Below, one piece after another: positions 8,608 to 16,003 of a stretch of 32,000 nucleotides of DNA (the stretch's first letter is position 1; each line of letters begins with the position of its first letter). The translations under genes and the position numbers were made by a program. Source of the DNA: Pseudomonas aeruginosa (GTDB lineage: Bacteria > Pseudomonadota > Gammaproteobacteria > Pseudomonadales > Pseudomonadaceae); contig NZ_LN831024.1 in the NCBI RefSeq assembly GCF_001457615.1, positions 3,090,001 to 3,122,000 on the forward strand, in the 5' to 3' direction. Below the pieces are notes generated by a model. It made no database searches. It was given only the letters and a program-made list of their open reading frames with translations, and had not been told where the DNA came from.

Positions 8608-9192
8608 TCAGATTTCCAACAGGCTGCGGGTGGTCTGCATGGCTGTCTCCAGCGGTCCCGGGCTGCGGTGCAGCTTGCTCAGCAGGCTCGCGCCGAGCCA
8701 CAACTGGTACAGCGCGCTGGCCATGTGCCGGGCATCGCAGGGCGCGAGGGAGCCGTCGTCGTGGCCCTGCCCGAGGCAGCCGACCAGGCGTTCGATGATC
8801 CCGTCGGAGCCGTCGCGCAGGGTGATGCGCATGCTTTCCGAAAGGTCCGCGACCTCGGCGCTGAGCTTGACCACCAGGCAGCGCTGCTCGTCGCAGGGCG
8901 GGCAGGCGTTGTCCAGCCACTTCTGCCAGTAGCTCATCAGTCGTTCGCGGGCATTCAGCCCTGGCGCGGAGAAGCGTTGGTCCATGTCCGCCAGGTAGAC
9001 GCGGAAGTAGTCCTCCAGCAGGGCCTGGCCGAACTGTTCCTTGGATTTGAAGTAATGGTAGAACGAGCCCTTGGGAACGCCCGCGGTCTGCAGGATTTCG
9101 TTGAGGCCGACTCCGGAGAAGCCTTTGACCGCCATGATCCGGTATCCGGTATCGAGCAGATGCTGGCGGGTGTCGTCGTAGCTGGTTTTCAT
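8608..9192 (-). CDS. TetR-family transcriptional regulator
   Basis: N-terminal HTH GFSGVGLNEILQTAGVPKGSFYHYFKSKEQF. ATG 9192 is preferred; an in-frame GTG at 9201 is an alternative. Confidence 0.9.
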   Translation of the reverse strand: MKTSYDDTRQHLLDTGYRIMAVKGFSGVGLNEILQTAGVPKGSFYHYFKSKEQFGQALLEDYFRVYLADMDQRFSAPGLNARERLMSYWQKWLDNACPPCDEQRCLVVKLSAEVADLSESMRITLRDGSDGIIERLVGCLGQGHDDGSLAPCDARHMASALYQLWLGASLLSKLHRSPGPLETAMQTTRSLLEI

Positions 9193-9209
9193 GGGGCGCA
9201 CGTTAGCTT

Positions 9210-9223
9210 GAATTAGACCAGTC
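9210..9223. promoter_or_regulatory. Putative TetR operator, copy 2 (autoregulatory, upstream of the TetR gene)
   Basis: Same 14-mer gaattagaccagtc, here part of the perfect dyad TAGAC-N5-GTCTA. It lies downstream of a minus-strand TATACT -10-like hexamer (9248-9253). Confidence 0.5.
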
Positions 9224-9345
9224 GTCTAGAAACAATTCGAAGCCATGAGTATAGCGCCGACGGCAACTGCGCCGCTGTCGGGAACCGTGCGGAACGGACG
9301 CCGGTCCGGCGCCCGCCCCGCTCCGCGGATTTACCCCTCGCGGAC

Positions 9346-10599
9346 CTAGCAGGCCGCGACCGCCACGGCGGCAGGCTCCGGCTGGAAGCGCGCGGCGAGG
9401 AACGGCGCGATGTCCAGCGGCAGCGTCTCTTCGTGGACCAGCCGGTCGAGCAGCACACCGGTGATCGCCGACGTGAGGATGCCGGTGCGGAAATGCCCGC
9501 AGGCATTCAGGTAGCCCTCCACTTCAGCCACCGGACCGAGAATCGGCAGTTCGTCCGGCGAGCCCGGGCGCAGGCCGGCCCAGGTGCGCTTGAGGTTGAC
9601 CTGTTGCAGCTCCGGCACGCAACGCACCGCGCCCTGCACCAGGCCGGCGATTTCCGGGAAGGTGTTGCTGACGTCGAAGCCCTTGTCCTCGGTGGTGCTG
9701 CCGATCAGGATCTCGCCATTGTCCTTCTGCGCCATGTAGCAGTCGCTGGTGGTCAGGCAACCGTTCAGCAGTCGTGGCATGCGCTCGGTGAGGACGATCT
9801 GGCCCTTCACCGGCTTCACCGGGATGCGCCGGCCGGTGGCCATTTCGCTGAGTTCCGCGGCCCAGGCGCCGGCGGCGTTGATCAGGGTCCGGCAATGCAG
9901 CACCCCGGCATTGTCCGTGCGCACCCCGCTGATCCGCCGGCCCTGGCGCAGCACGCCAGTGACGTTGGTTCCCGGCAACAGCTCGACGCCGTTCTGGCGC
10001 GCCGCCTCCAGGTAGGCGTCGGCCAGGCGGAACGGGCTGACCTGGTGGTCGCAGAGGAATTCCAGCGCGCCGTGGGCCGCGTGGCTGACCGCCGGCTCGG
10101 CACGACGCAGTTCCTCGCGGTCCAGCCAGCGCACCTGCTCGGCCAGATGCGGGATCTGCGCCACGATGTGCTCGGCGTACTGGCGATCCTCGTCGTCCTG
10201 GATCACGTATTTCAGCCCGGTGCGCTCGAACTTGAAGTCCATCCCGTGGCGTTCGATCAGTTCTCGGTGCAGTTCCGGGTACAGCGCGTTGGATTGCAGG
10301 GCGAGGTCGAAGAACGCCGGCGGCAGGATGTGCGGCGTGCTCGCGTCCACCGCCACCGCCGCGCCCTGGGCCTCGCGCCGGTTGCGGGAGGACATCATGC
10401 GGAAGAAGATCACCCCGCAGCCCAGTCCCACCGATTCGCCGATGGCCCAGAGGCCGCCGGCCGAGGCGCGGGTGGCGTTGCCCGGTCGCTTGTCGTCGAC
10501 CACGGCGATGCGCAGGTTGCCGCGCCTGGACAGTTGGTAGGCGCAGGACGCGCCGATCACGCCGCCGCCGGCAATCACGATGTCATAGGTTCTGTTCAT
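9346..10599 (-). CDS. hcnC: Hydrogen cyanide synthase subunit HcnC (FAD-dependent glycine oxidase-like)
   Basis: 417 aa from ATG 10599 (MNRTYDIVIAGGGVIGASCAY..). Position after hcnB. Matches my recollection of P. aeruginosa HcnC. Confidence 0.95.
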   Translation of the reverse strand: MNRTYDIVIAGGGVIGASCAYQLSRRGNLRIAVVDDKRPGNATRASAGGLWAIGESVGLGCGVIFFRMMSSRNRREAQGAAVAVDASTPHILPPAFFDLALQSNALYPELHRELIERHGMDFKFERTGLKYVIQDDEDRQYAEHIVAQIPHLAEQVRWLDREELRRAEPAVSHAAHGALEFLCDHQVSPFRLADAYLEAARQNGVELLPGTNVTGVLRQGRRISGVRTDNAGVLHCRTLINAAGAWAAELSEMATGRRIPVKPVKGQIVLTERMPRLLNGCLTTSDCYMAQKDNGEILIGSTTEDKGFDVSNTFPEIAGLVQGAVRCVPELQQVNLKRTWAGLRPGSPDELPILGPVAEVEGYLNACGHFRTGILTSAITGVLLDRLVHEETLPLDIAPFLAARFQPEPAAVAVAAC

Positions 10600-10601
10600 G
10601 T

Positions 10602-11996
10602 TCAGGCTTCCGTACCGAGGTTCTGGAATGCGGAAAACGGGATCGGATCGATCGGGAAACGCGGCCGCAGCCAGCCGACGTCGTGGCGTCCGGTGGCGCG
10701 GCGCAGGCGATCGCTGCAGTAGCCGATGCACATCCGCCCCTGGCAGTCGCCCATGCCGGCGCGGGTGCGCATCTTCAGCCCGGCGATGTCCTGCACGCCC
10801 TGTTCGAGCGCGCGCTCGATGTCGCCACGGGTGACCTGTTCGCAGCGGCAGATCACCGTATCGGCCCGCGCCAGTTCGACCTGGCGGGCGCCGCGCTGGG
10901 TGTAGCGCTCGACTCCGGCGCGGAAGCGCTTGATCGCCTCCAGGCGGGCGAGATGGGATTCTCGGCGTTCGATGGCCTCGGCGGGCGCGATGGCCTCGCG
11001 TTGCAGGAGGATCGACAAGGCCGCGATGCGCCCGCCGATCATCGCCGCCTCGCCGCCGCGGATACCCGCCATGTCGCCGGCCAGGTGGATGTGCGGTTGG
11101 CTGCTCTGCTGCCAGACGTTGCATTCCGCGCGCAGGTATCCGTCGTCGCTGAAGCCGTGCTCCAGACCCAACTGCTGGCTGAGCTGGGTGCGCGGGATGA
11201 AGCCATAGCCGACCGCCAGGGTGCTGGCCTTCACCGGTCGCGCGTTTTCCAGGTCGGGCCGCCACTCTTCGTCGTAGGGCGCCACCGTCACTTCCGTCAG
11301 TTCCCCCTCGCCGCTGGCCTCCACCACGCCCCAGCCATAGTGCAGCGGAATGCCGTTGAGCTTGAGATAGCCGAGCATGCTCAGGCCGTCGAGGAACAGT
11401 TGCGGCTTGTTCAGCAGCGCCAGGCTTTCCCTGGCCATGCGGCCGAACGCGCAGGCCTCGTAGACCCCGGCGACACGTACCCCGGCCGCATGCAGCTGGC
11501 AGGCCACCAGTGGCAGCAGCGGGCCGCTGCCGGCGATCAGGGTATCGCCCAGGGGCTTCACCACGCCGCTCTTGATCTGCAATTGCAGGCCGCCGAGGAG
11601 CATCACCCCGGGCAGGGTCCAGCCGGGGAACGGCACGCTGCGCTCATGGCAGCCGGTGGCCAGGAGCAGGTGCGAATACTCCACCTCGTGCAGCCGTTCC
11701 GCCTCGTCGAGGACCATCAGGTGCTGGCCGTCGCCACCGACCACGCGGCTGTTCAGGCGCAGGTCGATGTGCCCGGCGCAGGCGGAGAAATCGCGCCGCA
11801 GTTTTTCCAGCATCCGGGTGTAGCGCGCGCCGAGGTAGGCCGGATCGACGCCGGCCCGCAAGGGGCCGCGATAGACCACCCCGCCGGGACGCGAGGCCTC
11901 GTCGAAGAGGACGCAGGGGACCCCGCGCCTGGCCAGCTCGATGGCTGCGGCCATGCCGGCCGAGCCGCCGCCGACGATCACCGGGCGCAGGTTCAT
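10602..11996 (-). CDS. hcnB: Hydrogen cyanide synthase subunit HcnB (FAD/NAD-binding, 2Fe-2S BFD-like domain)
   Basis: 464 aa from ATG 11996 (MNLRPVIVGGGSAGMAAAIELARRG..). C-terminal motifs ICRCEQVTRGD..CQGRMC. ATGA overlap with the hcnA stop. Confidence 0.95.
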   Translation of the reverse strand: MNLRPVIVGGGSAGMAAAIELARRGVPCVLFDEASRPGGVVYRGPLRAGVDPAYLGARYTRMLEKLRRDFSACAGHIDLRLNSRVVGGDGQHLMVLDEAERLHEVEYSHLLLATGCHERSVPFPGWTLPGVMLLGGLQLQIKSGVVKPLGDTLIAGSGPLLPLVACQLHAAGVRVAGVYEACAFGRMARESLALLNKPQLFLDGLSMLGYLKLNGIPLHYGWGVVEASGEGELTEVTVAPYDEEWRPDLENARPVKASTLAVGYGFIPRTQLSQQLGLEHGFSDDGYLRAECNVWQQSSQPHIHLAGDMAGIRGGEAAMIGGRIAALSILLQREAIAPAEAIERRESHLARLEAIKRFRAGVERYTQRGARQVELARADTVICRCEQVTRGDIERALEQGVQDIAGLKMRTRAGMGDCQGRMCIGYCSDRLRRATGRHDVGWLRPRFPIDPIPFSAFQNLGTEA

Positions 11997-12306
11997 GGCC
12001 GTTCCTCCTGGTCGAAGCGGTTGCTTTCGGTTTCCACCCGCATGCCCGGCCGGACGACGGTCTGGCAGGCGCGGCGCTTGGGCCGGCCGTCGATGGCGAC
12101 CAGGCAGCAGTGGCATACGCCCATGCCGCAGAAGGCGCCGCTGGCCTGGCCATGGTCGTTGCGCGCGAGCCGGCGCAGGCCCACGGCATTGAGCACGTTG
12201 AGCACGGTCTCACCGGCAGCCGCCGCGACGGCTGGCCATTGAGGTGGATGGTCATGTCTGCCCGCGAGAGGGGCTGGATATCGTGTTGACGTTCAAGAAG
12301 GTGCAT
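11993..12306 (-). pseudogene. hcnA: hcnA (HCN synthase 2Fe-2S subunit) interrupted by a 1-nt frameshift
   Basis: ATG 12306 encodes MHLLERQHDIQPLSRADMTIHLNGQP. The remainder (VAAAAGETVLNVLNAVGLRRL..CGMGVCHCCLV..) and the stop at 11993-11995 are in another frame. The ATG-to-stop span is 314 nt, not a multiple of 3. The junction is at about 12229-12232. Confidence 0.8.
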
Positions 12307-12313
12307 TGCCCTT

Positions 12314-12323
12314 TCATCCGTGA
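12314..12323 (-). promoter_or_regulatory. RsmA/RsmE-type GGA binding motif overlapping the hcnA ribosome-binding region
   Basis: The minus-strand leader reads ..ctctcaCGGAtgaaagggcaATG. UCACGGAUGA matches the CsrA/RsmA consensus (A/U)CANGGANG(U/A). hcnA is a classic Rsm target. Confidence 0.6.
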
Positions 12324-12371
12324 GAGAGAGTCGGGAGCCGGCGACACTAGGAGTCGGGCCGGGCGCGGACA

Positions 12372-12385
12372 TTGATCCATGACAG
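12372..12385 (-). promoter_or_regulatory. ANR (FNR-type) box of the hcnA promoter
   Basis: TTGAT-CCAT-GACAG has one perfect TTGAT half-site and a weak second half. It is centred about 72 nt upstream of the hcnA ATG, consistent with published oxygen-limitation control of hcnABC. Confidence 0.5.
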
Positions 12386-12397
12386 GTGGGTATCTTC

Positions 12398-12417
12398 CCC
12401 TGCCAATTCTGGTAGGT
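12398..12417 (-). promoter_or_regulatory. las/rhl (lux-type) box of the hcnA promoter
   Basis: The minus strand reads ACCTACCAGAATTGGCAGGG (CT-N12-AG dyad). It is centred 29 nt upstream of the ANR box, matching the two-promoter architecture I recall for hcnA. Confidence 0.7.
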
Positions 12418-12503
12418 GGGGTGCAGGCGTTCGCGCGGAAAAGTCGAACCCGCGCCTACCCCAGGGTGCCAAGCAGCAAAGCCGGCTCACCCGTGGAGGC
12501 CCC

Positions 12504-12676
12504 ATGCTGCAATCCTTCCAGCCGCCCTGGTGGAACGCGCGGTGATCTACCAGGTCTACCCGCGTTCGTTCACCGACAGCGACGGTGACCTGCCCGGCCT
12601 GGTCGCGCGCCTGGACCACCTGCGCCGCCTTGGCGGCGACGCCCTCTGGCCGTCACCGGTGTATCGCTCGCCCGAC
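12504..12676 (+). pseudogene. Decayed 5' stub of a GH13 alpha-glucosidase / trehalose-synthase-like gene
   Basis: ATG 12504 gives [13 protein letters not shown] then a stop. One frame over, from 12542: [45 protein letters not shown]. This is the canonical GH13 N-terminus (WW..[10 protein letters not shown].DsnGDGiGDL.G...kLDYL..LG.daiWlsP.y.SP). It carries a frameshift, lacks the GIGD tetrapeptide, and has no downstream catalytic domain. Confidence 0.6.
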
Positions 12677-12728
12677 CCCGGCGCTGCCGCCGCAGATCGC
12701 CACCACCCGTCGTTCCGTCATGTCCGAC

Positions 12729-13142
12729 TCAGTGCGCGCGGGCCACGCCGCGCAAGAGGTTGGCGCTGAGCTTGTCGGTGTTGCAGGTCGCGATGTTGGC
12801 CAGCGAGACGATGCCTACCAGGCGCTTGTTGCGATCCATTACCGGCAAGCGGCGCTTCTCCAGTTGCGCCATGTTCTTCGTCACATGGTCCACTTCCTCG
12901 TCCTCGAAGCAGTAGCGCAGTTCACCGCTCATCACCTCGCGCACCGGGCGGTCGGCTCCGAGTCCATCGGCGAGGCCGCGCACCGCCAGGTCGCGGTCGG
13001 TGACCACGCCGGTCAGGCGCTCGCCCTCGTTGACCAGCAAGGCGCCGATATCGGCTTGGCGCATCAGCAGCGCCGCCTCGCCGAGGGTGGTCTGGGGGGT
13101 GACGGTACGTACTTCGCGACTCATGATTTCCCGGACTTTCAT
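12729..13142 (-). CDS. CBS-domain pair protein
   Basis: 137 aa from ATG 13142 after [29 protein letters not shown] and ..[22 protein letters not shown] are two CBS repeats. Confidence 0.85.
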   Translation of the reverse strand: MKVREIMSREVRTVTPQTTLGEAALLMRQADIGALLVNEGERLTGVVTDRDLAVRGLADGLGADRPVREVMSGELRYCFEDEEVDHVTKNMAQLEKRRLPVMDRNKRLVGIVSLANIATCNTDKLSANLLRGVARAH

Positions 13143-13277
13143 CGTTCTGTCTCCTTCTTCCGGCGCGCCGTTTTCGGCGCGGCTCTCCCTGCTTGTGAAT
13201 CGCCCGCATACGGGGAGTTCGAAGTTTCTTCCCGGCGTCGCAGCCATCTACCTAGCGCTCGCGCGGGCAGCGTGCGG

Positions 13278-13335
13278 AAAACAAAAAATTTGCCCGCGTT
13301 TTCTGATATCTCGCCGCTGCCCGGATTCTTATTCT
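13278..13335 (+). promoter_or_regulatory. Putative ExsA-dependent exoY promoter
   Basis: An A-rich box (AAAACAAAAAA), GCC, then a -35-like CTGATA (13303-13308) and a -10-like TATTCT (13330-13335), separated by 21 nt. That unusually long spacing is typical of ExsA-activated T3SS promoters. The alignment to the ExsA consensus is approximate. Confidence 0.5.
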
Positions 13336-13370
13336 CGACTCCTTCTTTGGCATATGCGGGAAAACGAACC

Positions 13371-14507
13371 ATGCGTATCGACGGTCATCGTCAGGTGGTT
13401 TCTAACGCAACGGCACAGCCCGGACCGCTACTGCGCCCTGCGGATATGCAGGCACGGGCTCTACAGGACCTGTTCGATGCGCAGGGGGTGGGGGTTCCCG
13501 TCGAACATGCCTTGCGCATGCAGGCGGTGGCCAGGCAGACGAATACCGTCTTTGGCATTCGCCCGGTTGAAAGAATCGTCACCACGCTGATCGAAGAGGG
13601 TTTCCCGACCAAGGGCTTCTCGGTGAAGGAGAAAAGCTCGAACTGGGGTCCGCAGGCGGGGTTCATCTGTGTCGACCAGCATCTCAGCAAGCGGGAAGAC
13701 CGCGACACGGCGGAAATACGCAAGCTGAACCTGGCTGTGGCGAAGGGAATGGATGGCGGAGCCTATACCCAGACCGACCTGCGGATCTCTCGGCAACGCC
13801 TTGCGGAGCTGGTGCGGAATTTCGGCCTGGTGGCAGACGGTGTCGGGCCGGTTCGCCTCCTGACCGCGCAGGGCCCCAGCGGCAAACGCTATGAGTTCGA
13901 AGCCCGCCAGGAGCCGGACGGTCTCTACAGGATCAGCCGCCTGGGGCGGTCGGAAGCGGTGCAGGTACTGGCCAGCCCGGCTTGCGGGCTGGCGATGACC
14001 GCCGATTATGACCTCTTCCTGGTAGCGCCCTCGATCGAGGCGCATGGCAGTGGTGGTCTCGATGCAAGAAGGAATACCGCGGTCAGATACACCCCCCTCG
14101 GTGCAAAGGATCCCCTGAGCGAGGACGGATTCTATGGCAGGGAGGATATGGCCAGGGGAAACATCACTCCGCGCACGCGGCAACTGGTGGACGCCCTCAA
14201 TGACTGCCTGGGCCGGGGGGAGCACAGGGAGATGTTTCACCACAGCGACGATGCGGGCAACCCAGGCTCCCATATGGGTGACAACTTCCCGGCCACCTTC
14301 TACCTTCCCCGGGCCATGGAGCATCGGGTCGGAGAAGAGTCCGTTCGCTTCGACGAGGTCTGCGTGGTGGCGGATCGGAAGAGCTTTTCCTTGCTGGTCG
14401 AGTGCATCAAGGGCAACGGCTATCACTTCACCGCCCATCCCGACTGGAACGTGCCGCTGCGGCCCAGCTTCCAGGAGGCGCTCGACTTTTTCCAACGTAA
14501 GGTCTGA
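13371..14507 (+). CDS. exoY: Type III secretion effector ExoY (actin-activated nucleotidyl cyclase)
   Basis: 378 aa, MRIDGHRQVVSNATAQPGPLL...FQEALDFFQRKV, recognised essentially end to end as ExoY. Contains the TKGFSVK.KSSNWGPQAG catalytic lysine region and DYDLF. Confidence 0.97.
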   Translation: MRIDGHRQVVSNATAQPGPLLRPADMQARALQDLFDAQGVGVPVEHALRMQAVARQTNTVFGIRPVERIVTTLIEEGFPTKGFSVKEKSSNWGPQAGFICVDQHLSKREDRDTAEIRKLNLAVAKGMDGGAYTQTDLRISRQRLAELVRNFGLVADGVGPVRLLTAQGPSGKRYEFEARQEPDGLYRISRLGRSEAVQVLASPACGLAMTADYDLFLVAPSIEAHGSGGLDARRNTAVRYTPLGAKDPLSEDGFYGREDMARGNITPRTRQLVDALNDCLGRGEHREMFHHSDDAGNPGSHMGDNFPATFYLPRAMEHRVGEESVRFDEVCVVADRKSFSLLVECIKGNGYHFTAHPDWNVPLRPSFQEALDFFQRKV

Positions 14508-14619
14508 TGCGCAAAGGTCGTTGGCAAAGCCCGCTTTCCCCGGCGGCATGGGCATCCTGCCGCCTGTTCGAACGGGACTTTCCGAAGCCCCGGACCGGCT
14601 CTCTTCGGCCGATGTGAAA

Positions 14620-14647
14620 ACGGCGCATCCCGTTGGGGATGCGCCGT
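14620..14647 (-). terminator. 12-bp GC-rich hairpin between convergent exoY and the KGG-repeat gene
   Basis: acggcgcatccc-gttg-gggatgcgccgt. It is followed by TTTT on the minus strand and has only a weak T-tract on the plus strand. Confidence 0.6.
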
Positions 14648-14669
14648 ACGCTTCAGCGGTTCGGCACGG

Positions 14670-15014
14670 TCAGGACGAGCGTCCGCCGCCGTGGCTGTGC
14701 TGGCCACCCTTGCGTCCTGCCTCGGAGGCCTTTTCCCGATCGTTGGCGAAGTTCCCGCCGCTCTGCTGGCCGCCCTTGCGGCCCGCCTCGGCGGCTCTTT
14801 CCGGGTCATTGGCGAAATTGCCTCCGCTCTGCTGGCCACCCTTGCGCCCGGCTTCGGCGGCGCGCTGCGGGTCATTGGCGAAGTTGCCGCCGCTGGCCTG
14901 GCCACCCTTGTGGCCGATCTCCTGGTAGAACTCCTTGCCGTGGCTCCTGGAGGTAGCTGCGCCGCCTTTCTGCCCGGCTTCGCTGGTGCTCATGCCTTGT
15001 CGTTTGTCGGTCAT
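14670..15014 (-). CDS. KGG-repeat general stress protein (YciG/GsiB-like)
   Basis: 114 aa from ATG 15014 after GAGGAGG. Hydrophilic, with three 22-aa repeats GGNFANDPxRAAEAGRKGGQQS. Confidence 0.85.
   Translation of the reverse strand: MTDKRQGMSTSEAGQKGGAATSRSHGKEFYQEIGHKGGQASGGNFANDPQRAAEAGRKGGQQSGGNFANDPERAAEAGRKGGQQSGGNFANDREKASEAGRKGGQHSHGGGRSS
14694..14891. repeat. Three tandem 66-bp in-frame coding repeats
   Basis: The ttggcgaa anchor recurs at 14743, 14809 and 14875 (period 66 nt = 22 codons), inside the KGG-repeat CDS. Confidence 0.9.
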
Positions 15015-15189
15015 GCTCGTGTCCTCCTCTCGAGGGTTGAAAGGGATGCGGCGTTTTTCGCCGCGTGCACTTACTCCGAAGGCTTGCGCGATGGATCGTT
15101 CAAACTCTTTGCGGGCGCCCTGGGACGAAAAAATCATTAGCCGATCCAAGGCCTTCCGCTTGCCGGAATATGCTGGGCGGCGCGGGAAA

Positions 15190-15744
15190 CTAAGAATGGA
15201 TACTCCACTGGCAGGCGGCAGCGGGTATAGGTGAATCGTCCACCGTATGGATCAGTCCGCAAGCCAGGGCGTCTTCCGGACCGAGGATGCGCGGATAGGC
15301 CATCAGGTAGCGCGGGATGTCCAGGCGTTCCGGCGCATCACGGGTGTTCTCGGCGACGATCCGGGCGTAAAGCTCCAGGTCGTAGTCGAGGCTCATCGCA
15401 TATTCCGCCATCCGCGCATGGTCCACCGCGCCATGCAGGGTCCAGTGGAAAGGATGGAACAGGAACTTGCTGTGGGCACTGGCGCTGCGTCGCTCGCCGG
15501 CGAGGAACAGGATGTTGCCCATCGACTCGACGGTACCCAGGTTGTGGGTATGTATCGGCACCGGCAGCGCGCGCAGGAAGTTGTACAGGGTAAAGCCGTA
15601 GCTGCACTCCCCGCCCATGGTGGCGATGTTGATCCGCAACTCCTCGGCCTCCTGTTGCAGGACCTTGGCGCAAGTGTTGATCAGATTGCCGCAGGTGGAC
15701 GAATTGATCGGCCCGGTGAAATGGATGATGTGCTGCTTGGACAT
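15190..15744 (-). CDS. Stand-alone ClpP-like (S14 peptidase fold) protein
   Basis: 184 aa from ATG 15744. Colinear with ClpP: GTVESMGNILFLAG (Ser motif, cf. GQAASMGAFLLTAG) and FLFHPFHW (His motif, cf. MIHQPLGG), with a later acidic ERLD. No adjacent AAA+ partner. Confidence 0.7.
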   Translation of the reverse strand: MSKQHIIHFTGPINSSTCGNLINTCAKVLQQEAEELRINIATMGGECSYGFTLYNFLRALPVPIHTHNLGTVESMGNILFLAGERRSASAHSKFLFHPFHWTLHGAVDHARMAEYAMSLDYDLELYARIVAENTRDAPERLDIPRYLMAYPRILGPEDALACGLIHTVDDSPIPAAACQWSIHS

Positions 15745-16003
15745 GCTCGCCTCTCTTTCCGTATCGGTTCCTCGACGGTCTGCACGGGTTTCCCTACAGA
15801 GGATTGCCGTACGTCCGCCGTGAGCCATCGTCGCGACGAATGGCACCCAGGGAGCGAGGGCCTGCGTTCCTCGCCGGCCTCCACGACTCAACGTGGTGCA
15901 GTGGCCTCCGGGGGCCGGTATCGAGCGCCACCCATCCCGCCGAATGAACTCCGGTGCTGCTGCGCACGCCCCACCTGCACGACCCACAGCCAGGAGCAAT
16001 GCC

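Noticed and set aside
14694-14891. Possible CRISPR-like or satellite array suggested by the regular 66-bp periodicity
   Set aside because: The repeats are directly tandem with no spacers, are in frame, and encode the 22-aa KGG repeat of a stress protein. No cas genes are present.
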